Shown: positions 50,158 through 63,780 of the stretch, in pieces
Layout: each line of letters opens with the position of its first letter
Numbering within the stretch: the first letter of the stretch is position 1
Source of the DNA: Octopus sinensis
Lineage: Eukaryota
Direction: 5' to 3'
Length of the DNA stretch: 64,000 nt
NCBI RefSeq assembly: GCF_006345805.1
Contig: NW_021832580.1
Coordinates: 2,144-66,143 of the forward strand
Position numbers and translations under genes: made by a program
The notes under the pieces: generated by a model
Told to the model about the DNA's origin: nothing
Database searches by the model: none
Seen by the model: the letters and a program-made list of their open reading frames with translations, nothing else

Positions 50158-50577
50158 ATATAAATATGGATGGTAAGTCAAATTAATACTCATGTCAATG
50201 TTATCTAGTGGTTGTCTTTTGAGATCAACGTTTGTTACTGAAAGAATGCTGGTTCACACATACAGGCATTCACATGTTTCCCTTGTACACGCATACACAT
50301 ATACACATACACTCACACAGAGTTGAAACGCTGTTTGATGTTTCTTTTCAGTGTTGAATGTTCACCATCCCATTTCCATTGCACACACACATTCACATAC
50401 CTCCCTTTTACATACATACACACACATATACTCACACAGTGTTGAAACGCTCCCACTACCAGACCAGTTTGCCTTCAACCCCTTCCTTCCTAATTCATCT
50501 ATCACCCTTTCCTTTCTCATTCATATGTTGTGACGGAGAAAAACACAAGAGTATTATTATAGTAGATTGTTTAGGGT

Positions 50578-50995
50578 AGCAAGCTGGCAGAATTGTTAGC
50601 ACAGTGGGCAAAATGCTTAGCTGCATTTCGTCTGCCGTTACGTTGTGAGTTCAAACTCTGCCGAGGTCGACTTTGCCTTTCATACTTTTGGGGTCGATAA
50701 ATTAAGTACCAGTTATGCACTGGGGGTCAATGTAATCGACTTAATCCCTTTGTCTGTCCTTGTTTGTCCCTTCTATGTTTAGCCCCTTGTGGGCAATAAA
50801 GAAATAAGAATTGTTAGCACAGTGGGCAAAATGCTTTGCGGCATTTTGTCTGTCTTTACTTTCTGAGTTCAAATTCCATCAAGGTTGTCTTTGCTTTTCG
50901 TCCTTTCAGGATCGATAAAATAGGGACCAGTTGAGCACTGGGGTCAATGTAATTGACTTAACACCTCCCCCAAATTTACTGGCCTTGTGCCAGGT
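50578..50995 (+). mobile_element. Young Meta-like SINE body inserted in an old copy with a 30-bp duplication
   Basis: AGAATTGTTAGCACAGTGGGCAAAATGCTT occurs at 50589-50618 and 50807-50836. Confidence 0.8.
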
Positions 50996-51534
50996 GTGGC
51001 TGTAAGGTAAGAAGCTCGCCTCCCTACCTTATGGTTCTGGGTTCAGTTCTACTGTGTGGTACTTAGGGCAAGCGTCTTCTACTCTAGCCTTGGGCTGACC
51101 AAAGCCTTGTGAGCCAATTTGGTAGACAGGAACTAGAAAAAGCCTATCGCATACCGGCACAGGGGCCAGAGCAGACTGGCAAACAGCCATGTAAAAGCAC
51201 CAACCGATCGTGGCCGTTTGCCAGCCTGCTCTGGCCCCTGTGCCAGTGACACGTAAAAAACACCCACTACACTCACGGAGTGGTTGGCGTTAGGAAGGGC
51301 ATCCAGCTGTAGAAACACTGCCAAATCAGACCAGAGCCTAGTGCAGCCTCCATGGATTTCCAGACCCCGGTCGAACTGTCCAACCCGTGCTAGCATGGAA
51401 AACGGACGTTAAATGATGATGATGATGATATATATATATATATATATATTGATAGAAATGGTAAGACAACAAAAGAATGAAAGAGACCTCGATATTATGT
51501 AAATAGAGGAATTTGTCTGTAAATATATATGTAG

Positions 51535-51905
51535 CAATTATTCAGTAGCCATGATAAAACTCCGAGTTTCGGATGTTGGGACAGAATGGGCCATCGAAAA
51601 AATTTTTCAATGGCCCGATAACTGAAGAGATGCCGCGTGGGTTTCTGCCCCGACATCCGAAACTCAGATGGCTACCGAATAATTGTCACATACATATATC
51701 TGAGTTTGTGTCTGTGTTTGTATCTTCACCACTGCTTAACAACTTGTGTTGGTGTGGTTGTGTTCCCATAACTTAGCAGTTCAGCAAGAGATATCGATAA
51801 AATAAGTATCAGGCTTAAAAAACAGAAATTAATGGGGGTCAATTCATTTGACTAAACATTCTTTAAGGCTGTGCCCCAGCATGGCCTCATTTTAATGACT
51901 GAAAC
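51535..51905. mobile_element. SINE-half + Penelope pLTR composite, inverted homologue of 47281-47674
   Basis: Same SINE/pLTR junction and same loop CCATTGAAAAATTTTT(T)CGATGG as the 47-kb copy. Confidence 0.75.
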
Positions 51906-52414
51906 ATCATCATCATCATCATTATCATCATTTAACGTCTGCTTTCCATGCTAGCATGGGTTGGACGGTTTGACTGTGGGCTGGCGAACCAGATGGCTGC
52001 ACCAGGCGCCAGTCTTGATCTGGCAGAGTTTCTACAGCTGGATGCCCTTCCTAACGCCAACCACTCTGAGAGTGTAGTGGGTGCTTTTACATACCACCAG
52101 CACGGGGGCCAGTCAGGCGGTACTGGCAACGACCTTGCTCGAATTTTTTTGGTAAAAGATAAAAGTTCATCGTTATTCTGATGCTATACAGAATAGGTTT
52201 AATTATATTTCCTATTGAACCACCACAATCAAGTGTTCGTTAACCCATTAACTGCCAAATTTTTGAGAGAGCAGTGCATGCCATCAAAGTGACTCAGGGG
52301 GTACCAATGCTCAGTATACCCATCATGACTGTCCGCCTGATAAGGGTACATAAGGCACATGCATCACAACCATATGTACGCAACATAGTGATTTCATATC
52401 AAGATAAACAGCGC

Positions 52415-53077
52415 ATGACCTTGCAGGTGGGGCCCAGTTAGAATTCTCTTCAGATCAAGTAGCCCATCTCACTCAAAAGGTCCCTGAATAAGTGTTGTTT
52501 AAGGATGTTGAACGAAACACCCATGTCTCCAGAGGTGAATTATCCAAACCCCAAAGAATTCTTCTCAACACGTGGCTATGATGTTCCCCAACTACTTCTG
52601 CTTGTGATCAGAGATGCACATATCGTCAGCCACTAAGGGACATGGTCAACTGGCTACGGTCAAACAACTGACAAGCAAATCTGTAGTATTGAGCAGAATA
52701 TTTGCTGTAGCCCATCTTTTATACCAAAACATGTACATGATTTTGTTTTGGTGTGTGTTGAAGCTAGCTCCTGCAGAGGGCTGTGACAAATGTTCTGCTC
52801 AATACCACAGATTTGCTTGTCAGTTGTTTGACCGTAACCAGTTGAGCATGTCCCTTAGTGGCTGATGATATGTGCATCTTTGATTATGAGCAGAAATAGT
52901 GGGGGAGCATCATAGCCATGTGTTGAGAGGGATTATTTGGGGTTTGGATAATTCACCTTTGGAAATATAGGTGTTTTGTTCATCATCCTTAAACAACCCT
53001 TATTCAGGGACCTTTTGTGTGGGATGGGCTATTCGACCTGAAGAAAAATTCTAACTGGTCCCCACCTGCATGGTCAT
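52415..53077. repeat. Long imperfect inverted repeat (~290-bp arms, ~80-bp spacer)
   Basis: 52415-52704 is the reverse complement of 52787-53077, with scattered substitutions. Confidence 0.9.
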
Positions 53078-53214
53078 CATCATCATCATTATTATTATTA
53101 CCTCTTCCTATCGAGAGTCCCAGATGAGCCTACCTCACGGCAAGAGGTGCAAATGAGGGTAGCTATATCAAACTCCATTCTTCATCAAGTGCCACATATT
53201 AGAGGAGGCTCCTA

Positions 53215-53760
53215 GTTAGTTTGTTAGTTAATTTTTTGGCTCAAAAAGCAAAAAGCAAGGCCATGTACTTCCCGAATGTACAGGGTGGTGTTCATGTAAA
53301 GAATTCAGGCCACTTGTGGTCAAGGGAGACTTTGAACCGAGCGGTCGTCGGCATCTTCACCATCTCGTCCGGCAGCTTATTCCACGGATCCGCAACCCGG
53401 ACGGAGAAAGCCCCTCTCCTTCGATTGAGATGAAATCGTCGCAGATAGAGCTTTTCGGAATGACCCCGTAGCCGACGCTCTGGAGCAGGAGTGAAGAACA
53501 GCTCTTTCGAGAGGTTATACTTTCCGCTTATGATGTTGTGAGCAAGAATGAGATCACCACGGCATCGTCGTTTTTCTAGAGAATAAAGGTCGAGCGTCTT
53601 CAGCCTTTTTTCATAAGACAAATTCTTCAGACCAAGAACCATGCGGGTAGCCAGCTTCTGGACTCTTTCGAGATGCTGTATGTCTTTGAGGAGATAAGGA
53701 GAAGAGGCTTGAATCCCGTACTCCAATATGGGTCTCACCAGTGTAAACAGTATAGCGCAA
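53215..53760 (-). pseudogene. 5'-truncated CR1 LINE 3' end
   Basis: LVRPILEYGIQASSPY...LERVQKLATRMV.GLKNLSYEKRLKTLDLYSLEKRRCRGDLI...RGHSEKL...FSVRVADPWNKLP...FKVSLD*, followed by a short 3' UTR and a (TAAC)-like tail. Confidence 0.9.
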
Positions 53761-53974
53761 TACGGCGGTGCATCAGCATGGCCGCAGCTCTGAGCTGAAA
53801 CTTTATAAAAAAGAAAACATTTAATTATTATTTACTCTAAACAAGTTGTAAATGAGTCCCCGATACAGTATCGTTCAACACACCTGCTCGATGTTCCTAC
53901 ACCTGTCTTCATCTTTTGTCTTTCTGTAAATTTCAACTCTGTGTGTTTGTGTGTGTGTAAGACAGGGCGTAAAT

Positions 53975-54186
53975 AATACTCTTTTACTTGTTTCAGTCAT
54001 TCGACTGCGGCCATGCTGGAGCACCGCCTTTAGTCGAGCAAATCGACCCCAGGACTTATTCTTTGTAAGCCTAGTTAGTACTTATTCTATCGGTCTCTTT
54101 TGCCGAACCGCTAAGTTGCGAGGACATAAATACACCAGCATCAGTTTTGAAGCGATGTGGGTGCGGGGACAAACACAGACATAACA

Positions 54187-54236
<50 letters not shown>

Positions 54237-54398
54237 GACAGGCTTCTTTCAGTTTCCGTCTACCAAATCTACTCACAAGGTTTTGGTCGGCCTGAGGCTA
54301 TAGTAGAAGACATTTGCCCAAGGTGCCACGCAGTGGGACTGAACCAGGAACCATGTGGTTTGTAAGCAAGCTACTTACCACACAGCCACTCCTACGCC
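53975..54398 (-). mobile_element. CORE-like SINE family A
   Basis: Reverse complement of the full structure. Confidence 0.85.
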
Positions 54399-54789
54399 TA
54401 TATAGGTCATTATATACTTTTTCTTTATTGTAATAAACTTGACTTACAACCGTTTCCAGTAGTCATTACAGGTTCATTATTTATAAGTTGAGTTCCGCCG
54501 AGGTTGATCAGTTCTGGACTGTAGTAGAAGAGATACTTGCCCAAGGTGCTATACTTTGAGTCCGTACCCTGTAACTAAGTGGTTGGAAAGTAAGGTTCTT
54601 GACCACACAACCAATATCTTTGTGCGTGTGCGTGAGTGTATATTCTTTTACTTGTTTCAGTCATGTGACCGTGGCCATTCTGGAACACTGCCTTAAAGGG
54701 TTTTTTTAGTTGAAGAAATTGACCCAAAGACTTATGGTGGGTGGCCAAACACAAAGACATACACACACACAACACATATATATATATTA

Positions 54790-54821
<32 letters not shown>

Positions 54822-55160
54822 CACTACATACATCATATATATATTATATATATATATATATATATATTTATAGTAATAATTTGAGGGAATATTATTCCTA
54901 ACTTACAGGGAAAAATTCAATTTAGAAATACTAAATCAAATTTCACAAAATATAATATATATATAAAAATTAGAAAAAAACTCGCCTTTTATCAATTTAA
55001 AATGAACAATTAAATTACACCATTTAGACAATTACATATAATAGAAATATAATAAATAATAAAATAAGAATAATATACTGATGATTAAGTAAATTGCAAA
55101 ATTATTATTTTGCAATTTACTTAATCATTGGTATATTATTATTATTTTATTGGTATAATA

Positions 55161-55374
55161 TTACTCTTTTTTACTCTTCTACTTGTTTCAGTCATTTGAC
55201 TGCGGCCATGCTGGAGCACCACCTTTAATCGAGCAACTCGACCCCAGGACTTATTCTTTTGTAAGCCCAGTACTTATTCTATCGGTCTCTTTTGCCGAAC
55301 TGCTAAGTAACGGGGACATAAACACACCAGCATCGGTTGTCAAGCAATGCTAAGGGGACAAACCAGACACACAA

Positions 55375-55413
<39 letters not shown>

Positions 55414-55602
55414 ATATATATATATATATATACTATATACGACAGGCTTCTTTCAGTTTCTGTCTACCAAATCCACTCACAAGGCATTGGTTGGGCCGGG
55501 ACTATAGCAGAAGACACTTGCCCAAGATGCCACGCAGTGGGACTGAACCCGGAACCATGTGGTTGGTTAGCAAGCTACTTACCACACAGCCACTCCTGCG
55601 CC
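55161..55602 (-). mobile_element. CORE-like SINE family A
   Basis: Reverse complement of the full structure. Confidence 0.85.
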
Positions 55603-56519
55603 TTATTATTATTTTATTTTTTATATTTCTATTATATGTAATTTTCTAGATGGTGTAATTTAATTGTTCATTTTGAATTGATAAAAGGTGGTTTTTTTCT
55701 AATCTTTATATATATGATGGGCTTCTTTCAGTTCCTTTCTTCTAGATCTACTCACCAGGCTTTGGTCAGCCCAAAGCTATTGTAGAAGACACTTACCCCA
55801 GGTGCCACACAGTGGGACTGAACCCTGAACCATGTAGCTGAGAAGCAAGCTTCTTACCACACAACCATGACTGCACCTATCTATCTATATATGTGTGTGT
55901 GTGTGTGTTGAAGCTAGCACCTGCAGAGGGCTAATTGGACCTGTAGCCCAAAACTAAATACGTCCATAATGACTGTATGCCCTGGTGGAGTTTGATCAGA
56001 GGTTAAGGATGGATGAGAATTAATTCTGTAATGCAATCATTCTATTGTTCCAGTCCCAAGCTGAATTCCAACTGTTGGCCAATTTGTCCCAAAGTTCTTA
56101 TCACAACTTAAAATTAATGAAGTGAATGTCATCTATCTTCCCAACCTGATTTTTGATATCATCTGACAAACACTGACCAAGATGGCATGAACCAGCCAAG
56201 CTTTACCTGCTAGAAATAGCAACCCAAATGCTTTTAAATCAGGTCCCAATGCTGGGTATTCGAGAGCCAAATGATGGCAGAGTTTCAATCCCGGGATCAT
56301 CCTGATTCCAAAAAGGTAGAATATGTCTATACAGAGCAAATGTAGACCGAGATACAGGGAACCCAAACACACAGACAGACAGAATTTCACTTTTATTATT
56401 ATAGATATATATATAATCATCTTTTAATGTCCCTCTTCTATGCTGGTGTGAGTTAGAGTTTGACAGATTCCAACAGGTTCTAGGTCTGAATGGTTCAGCT
56501 TGGTTTCTTATTTCATTAC

Positions 56520-57196
56520 TGCCCACAAGGGGTTACACAGAGGGGACAAACAAGGACAAATGGATTAAGTTGATTATATCGACCCCAGTGCGTAACTGGT
56601 ACTTATTTAATTGACCCCGAAAGGATGAAAGCCGGGCGAGATGCTTAGCGGTATTTCATCTGCCGCTACGTTCTGAGTTCAAATTCCGCCGAGGTTGACT
56701 TAGCCTTAATCCTTTCAGGGTCGATTAAATAAGTACCAGTTACGCACTTGGGTCGATGTAATCAACTTAATACCTTTGTCTGTCCTTGTTTGTCCTCTCT
56801 GTGTTTAGCCCCTTGTGGGTAGTAAAGAAATAGGTATTTCGTCTGCCGCTACATTCTGAGTTCAAATGCCGCCAAGGTCGACTTTGCCTTTCATCCTTTC
56901 GGGGTCAATAAATTAAGTACCAGTTACGCACTTGGATCGATGTAATCGACTTAATACCTCTGTCTGTCCTTGTTTGTCCCCTCTGTGTTTAGTCCCTTGT
57001 GGGTAGTAAAGAAATAGGTATTTCGTCTGCTGTTACGTTCTGAGTTCAAATTCCGCCGAGGTCGACTTTGCCTTTCATCCTGTCGGAGTTGATTAAATAA
57101 GTACCAGTTACGCACTGGGGTTGATGTAATCGACTAAATCCGTTTGTCTCTCCTTGTTTGTCTCCTCTGTGTTTAGCCCCTTGTGGGTAATAGAGA
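56520..57196 (+). mobile_element. Meta-like SINE trimer preceded by an inverted SINE piece
   Basis: Minus piece at 56520-56633, then plus bodies with junctions at ~56833 and ~57017. Confidence 0.85.
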
Positions 57197-57310
57197 AATA
57201 TATGTGTGCGTGTATATGATGACTCTACTCTTAAGATCGTCGTTGAATGTCGAAAGAATTCTTTTTTCAGCTGACTCTTACAGCTTTCTGGGTTTCTTGT
57301 CAACTTATGT

Positions 57311-57362
<52 letters not shown>

Positions 57363-57485
57363 TTGAGAGAGAGAGAGAGAAATTGAGAGAAAGAAAGAGA
57401 GAGAGAGAGTGAGAGAGAAAGAAAAAGAAAGATGTGTGACTATGTCTGAACAAGTTTCAAAGGTTGAAAACATGAAGTCACTTTC

Positions 57486-57792
57486 GGTACTACTAGCGAA
57501 CAGTGGAACCGGTGCGCGCACTCGCGCATCCGCGCTAGCTAGTCGTAAGTAGTCGATCCTACAACGACTTGCACGTATGTTTGTATTTCAAGGCTGAATA
57601 CATATCAAAGAAAATTAAATAATATTTTTCGAACAAAGTAAATAATTTTTTTAAACTAAGTAAATAAATTATTTTTATAAACAAACTAGGGTTAGGGTTA
57701 AAAAATTAGGTTTAGGATCGACTACTTGCGATTAGCTAGTGCATGCGGATGCGCGAGTGCGCGCACCGGGACCACTGTTCGCTAGTAGTACC
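57486..57792. mobile_element. MITE with ~85-bp CpG-rich TIRs and internal TTAGGG motifs
   Basis: GGTACTACTAGCGAACAGTGG.CCGGTGCGCGCACTCGCGCATCCGC... and its reverse complement ending ...CGCTAGTAGTACC. The TSD is obscured by an adjacent SINE. Confidence 0.85.
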
Positions 57793-58356
57793 TATTTCTT
57801 TATTTCCCACAAGGGGCTAAACATAGAGGGGACAAACAAGGACAGACAAACGGATTAAGTCGATTATATCGACCCCAGAGGGTAACTGGTACTTAATTTA
57901 TCGACCCCGAAAGGACGAAAGGCAAAGTCGACCTCGGCGGAATTTGAACTCAGAACGTAACGGCAGACGAAATACCTATTTCTTTACTACCCACAAGGGG
58001 CTAAACACAGAGAAGACAAACAAGGACAGGCAAACGGATTAAGTCGATTATATTGACCCTAGTGCGTAACTGGTACTTATTTAATCGACCCCGAAAGGAT
58101 GAAAGGCAAAGTCGACCTCGGCGGAATTTGAACTCAGAACGTAACGACAGACGAAATACCTATTTCTTTACTACCCACAAGGGGCTAAACACAGGGGATA
58201 AACAAGGACAGGCAAACGGATTAAGTCGATTACATCGACCCCAGTGCGTAACTGGTATTTATTTAATCGACCCCCGAAAGGATGAAAGGCAAAGTCGACC
58301 CCGGCTGAATTTGAACTCAGAACGTAACGGCAGACGAAATACCGCCAAGCATTTCG
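57793..58356 (-). mobile_element. Meta-like SINE trimer
   Basis: Junctions at 57976/57977 and 58160/58161. Confidence 0.9.
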
Positions 58357-58944
58357 TTCTACTACGGATTTTAAAACCTTTCACTAGAAAATATTTATTG
58401 TATGTCTCTTAACCCCACCACTATTAGACGTGTGTGTGTGTGTGTCTACGTATCCTTTACTAGTTCCATTTCTATAATTAAGGGATCGCCCGAAAAGTCA
58501 GCCTACTTCTTATTCGCTTGTCCCCTCTATTTTTCGGCTTACAATTCCTTTTTATTCCTGTAACCGCATTTGCATTTTGCCCATCACGTTTCCAACTTTT
58601 GTCTTCTCGCCATAAACCTCCCACATCGTCCGTCTCTCCTATTCCTCTCTTCACTCGTTCCATTTGCGCTCAATGGTCTTCAGAAGTAAATACGTAAATT
58701 AGCCGGCAGAACTGAAAGAAAAAAATAAGAATTGTTAATAGTGAAGCCGAATCATCAAATCAACATTTTAATCGTTTTAATATCTATTTTTTTATTGCTC
58801 ATAAGGGGCTAAACATAGAGGGGACAAACAAGGACAGATATAGGTATTAAGTCGATTATATCGACTCCCAGTGCGTAACTGGTACTTTATTTATCGACCC
58901 CGAAAGGATGAAAGGCGAAGTCGACCTCGCTCTCTCGCTCTCTC

Positions 58945-58976
<32 letters not shown>

Positions 58977-59313
58977 CGGTCGATTAAATAAGTACCAGTT
59001 ACGCACTGGGTCGATATAATCGACTTAATCCGTTTGTCTGTCCTTGTTTGTCCCCTCTGTGTGTAGCCCCTTGTGGGCAGTAAAGAAATAAGATAGATAG
59101 ATAGCTAGATAGATATATGGACAGATAGATAGATAATAAATAGATAGATAGATAGATATATGGACAGATAGATAGATAGAGGGACAGATAGATAGATAGA
59201 GGGACAGATAGATAGATAGGAAGAGGGATAGATAGATAGATAGATAGAAGATAGATAGATAGATAGATAGAAAGAGGGACAGACAGATAGATAGAGGGAC
59301 AGATAGATAGATA

Positions 59314-59480
59314 TGTTTCTTTATTAGCCACACAGGGCTGCACACAGATAGAACAAATTACAAGGTAGAGCTTTTCTTTTGAAGGTTTAAAAAAAAAAAA
59401 AAAAGGAAGGGGGAGTTTCGATCAAAAGGGATCGTAAAAGGAGAGAAAGAGGACAAAAAAAGGGGGAGAGGAAAAAAAAA
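59314..59480 (-). mobile_element. LINE 3'-end fragment (Tx1-like tail) embedded in (GATA)n
   Basis: Homologous to 8956-9100, with GATA-type repeats on both sides (59090-59313 and 59480-59645). Confidence 0.6.
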
Positions 59481-59507
59481 GATAGATAGATAGATAGAAA
59501 GAGGGAC

Positions 59508-59574
<67 letters not shown>

Positions 59575-60689
59575 AAGAGGGACAGATAGATAGATAGATA
59601 GATAGATAGATTGATAGATAGAAAGAGGGATAGATAGATAGATATATAGGTGCATGTATTCACTGGGCTAACGCGCAAACCTTGCAGTCGAGTGTGTTCG
59701 GTTTACATTAATAAGGCGCGATTTTTATATATTTAGTAAAGACACCAGAAGTGCGCAGAATAGCTTCGCATATTTTTATACAGCTTTCTCACACTCGATA
59801 CTAATTTTACCTCGCTTTCTCTCAGTTCTTTCTCTCTCTCTGTCTTTCCCGTGACTGGCGCACTTCTCGGCCCTTAGGCAGTCAAACATTCCCCCTACTA
59901 ATCTGTCCTCCGTTACCGGCAAAAGTGCTGCGTTATATATATATGTTGGGACTTGTCCAGACGTTGGTGTCTTCGGACCAATATTTTATCTGCCTCTTCT
60001 GCACAGACGGTTGAGAGAGAGAGAGCGTTACTGTGAACATACGGGTGGATGTGAAAAAAGAAAGAAGAAAAAAACTATTGTAAAGCATGTGGAGTTGTTT
60101 TTTGTTGTCTTTTCTTTTCCTTTTGTTGCGCGTTTCTTTACAACTGCGCTTTCTCACCATCGAAATGTACCCGACTAAAAAAAACAAAAAACTGGCGCAT
60201 TAGATCTACGTACGTACCCGTAAGTAACTAACACACGCACTCCTATGTACATCCAGGAGTAGTTGAAAGCGCTAATATGAAGAGATAATATGTGATAAGT
60301 AAATAAATATATATTTTTACAACCATCCAGCATTCTGAACACCTTTTTCATTTTATATATATGTGTGTGTGTGTGTATGTATGTGTGTGTGTATGTGTGT
60401 GTGTATGTATGTGTGTGTGTGTGTTGTATGTGTGTATGTGGTGTGTGTGTGTATGTGTGTGTGGTGTGTGTGTATGTGTGTGTGTGCGCGCGCATAAACG
60501 CACGTGCGCGTACGTGCGAAGTGGCTGGCCGCTCGTGTCCAAGAAAGACCATCCATCACTCACTCTTAAAATAATTGTACTTCCGATTTGAAAGAGTCAA
60601 GTGGACTCTTTTAAGCCCGCAGCCATCCTCTTGCATGTTAATAAATATATATGTATAAGTGAGTGTCTGTCTACCCGTCTGTCTGTCTG

Positions 60690-60738
<49 letters not shown>

Positions 60739-60740
60739 CA

Positions 60741-60775
<35 letters not shown>

Positions 60776-61491
60776 CTGTCTGTCTGTCTATGTATCTGTC
60801 TGTCTGTCTATGTATCTGTCTGTCTGTCTATGTATCTGTCTGTCTGTCTATGTATCTATCTGTCTGTCTATGTATCTATCTATCTATGTGTCTATCTTTG
60901 TATCTATCTATCTATGTATCTATCCATCTATCTATCTGTCTGTCTGTCTATCTATCTATCTATCCCTCTTTCTCTTCTCTCTGTTATGCGCGCGTGTGTG
61001 TTTTGCTGTATTTGTACACCACGTATCACGTATTGAGTTCTCTTTCATATTCGTAACCACTGATCAGGAATGTGACCTACCGTCACCACCACCACCACCA
61101 CCCACTCACTACAAATGCACGCACTCCACACAAAAACACGTCCACGAATTGCCGGAATAGTTAAATACAGTTGCGTATCAGAAAAAGGAAAAACCTGTGT
61201 CTCTACGCTGTGAACTTTTAACTGTGCAAGTTTATTATCATACGCGCATTTATATTTTGAAGCAAATCCACTTTTTAAATGTCCTCGCTTTCTATATACA
61301 CACACAACACACAACACACACTCACGTATGTGTGTGCATGCGTAACCCTGCTTTTATTACCTGGCTTTTTTTTTTATTTTGTATCTGCGCAAAATCTGTG
61401 GCGCACTTGACTGTTGATTTAAAAAGCGGGCACTGTACAATACTTTTTCTACTGTTCTCTCTCTCTCTCTCTCTCTCTCTCCTCCTCTCTC

Positions 61492-61545
<54 letters not shown>

Positions 61546-61772
61546 GTATATATATATATAATATTTTTACTGAGATCTCCCTTTAGTAGAAAGAATAGCT
61601 ATAACTCTTTGACTGCTATTTCTAAATTCGTGTGGGTGGGAGGCAAATCGTTGCTAAACCCTTAATTACTTAGTATTACTTAAACTTTCCTCGAATGAGG
61701 CTTTTACATGCCGAAATCTACTTGGTGAAATTAATGATTATTCCAATTAATTAATTTCACCCTATATTATTA

Positions 61773-61831
<59 letters not shown>

Positions 61832-62291
61832 GGCACGTCTGTGTTTGTGGGTGTAGACATTGGTGGGTTTTTTTTGATAGCAACCGCCGAAGAACCGTTC
61901 CTGGTTCGATGATATTAAACTCAGTGACTTTAAAATGATTTAAATTCAAAAACCTCTCCTCCAAATTTCACAGTAATTTATGTTCCAAACACTAGCGTAA
62001 TAATGATAAAATTATTTGGCGGAATTTCGGAATAGCTATCACCACCCCATGAGGAAAGAAAAGAACACTCAGTGGGTTGCGGGTCGATTATATATATATA
62101 TATGTGGTGTGTGTGTATATATGTGTGTGTGTGTGTATATATGTGTGTGTATGTATGTGTATATGTGTGTGTGTGTATATATATATATGTATATGTATAT
62201 ATATGTATGATACGAAACCAGTTTACTTCAATAGAAATATAATAATGGTAATAAAACGATTAAAGATCTCTCTCTCTCTCTCTCTCTCTCC

Positions 62292-62325
<34 letters not shown>

Positions 62326-62645
62326 ATGGCGAGTAATATTTGATGACATTTACCCATTTGATATTTAATATATTGTCTTATATGTGTGCGTGTATATATA
62401 TATATATATATATGCAATGTCTGTTTTCTCATGTATAATTGTATTGCTCATATGTAAGGAAGATTGTATATATATATATATATATATATAATCTAGCTAC
62501 CTACCTACCTAACTACACACACTCAGATAGATAGATAGGTAGATAGATAGATAGGTAGATGTCCAAAGAAAAGAGCGCAATCAATAGAACGGCTATACTT
62601 TGAATACGATATATATATATTAAGAACCATGTTTTAGCCAAGCAA

Positions 62646-62696
<51 letters not shown>

Positions 62697-63142
62697 TAAT
62701 ATAGCAAAGCATATAGGTGTTATTATGTCCGTTATCGCTTAAAATGTGGTTACACTGAAATCGGTTTCACAGTTTTGCGTTCAGCAAATCTGTTATGATT
62801 ATTCCGGCAATTCATTCATTCATTCATTCATTCATTCATTCATTCATTCTTTTATCCGTTTATTCGTACTTTTAATAATTTGTTTACTCTTTCATTCTTC
62901 TCCCCATTCGTCCGTTTGTTATCATCTCACGTTTTCTACTGCTTTCGGCTTTTTCTCCTTTGTATTCTGAAAATTCCTTTTTCGTTTCTTCCACTTCTTA
63001 AATTTGTAGGTGTTGAAAAAGGTTTATCGCGTGTATGCGTGTCTGTCTCTGTGTCTGTGTGTGTGTGCATATACATTTTTTTCACTCACACTTTGAAAGG
63101 GACAGAAATAGTTCATTAACTTAAATATAAAATGTATCTTTT

Positions 63143-63353
63143 TTTTACTCTTTTACTCTTTTACTTGTTTCAAGTCATTTGACTGCGGCCATGCTGGAGC
63201 AACGCCTTTAGTCGAGCAAATCGACCCCGGGACTTATTCTTTGTAAGCCCAGTACTTATTCTATCTTTTGCCGAACCGCTAGGTGACGGGGACGTAAACA
63301 CAACAGCATCGGTTGTCAAGCAATGCTAGGGAGACAAACACAGACACACAAGC

Positions 63354-63408
<55 letters not shown>

Positions 63409-63579
63409 CATATATACGACAGGCTTCTTTCAGTTTCCGTCTACCAAATCCACTCACAAGGCATTGGTCGACCCGGGGCTATAGCAGAAGACACTTGCCC
63501 AAGATGCCACGCAGTGGGACTGAACCTGGAACCATGTGGTTAGTTAGCAAGCTACTTACCTCACAGCCACTCCTGCACC
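63143..63579 (-). mobile_element. CORE-like SINE family A
   Basis: Reverse complement of the full structure. Confidence 0.85.
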
Positions 63580-63696
63580 TATCTGTTCTCATTATTGATT
63601 ACCTTGCCATAAATTGTCGTTATCCCATTTTTGAAATCAGTCCACTTAAATCGCATTTCTAAAATCAGTCCACAAAAATCGCACGCACGCACTCAA

Positions 63697-63729
<33 letters not shown>

Positions 63730-63780
63730 GTTCTCAATTCTTTTGATAAAGAGAAAATAAGAAAACAAAGCCCCCCATAC

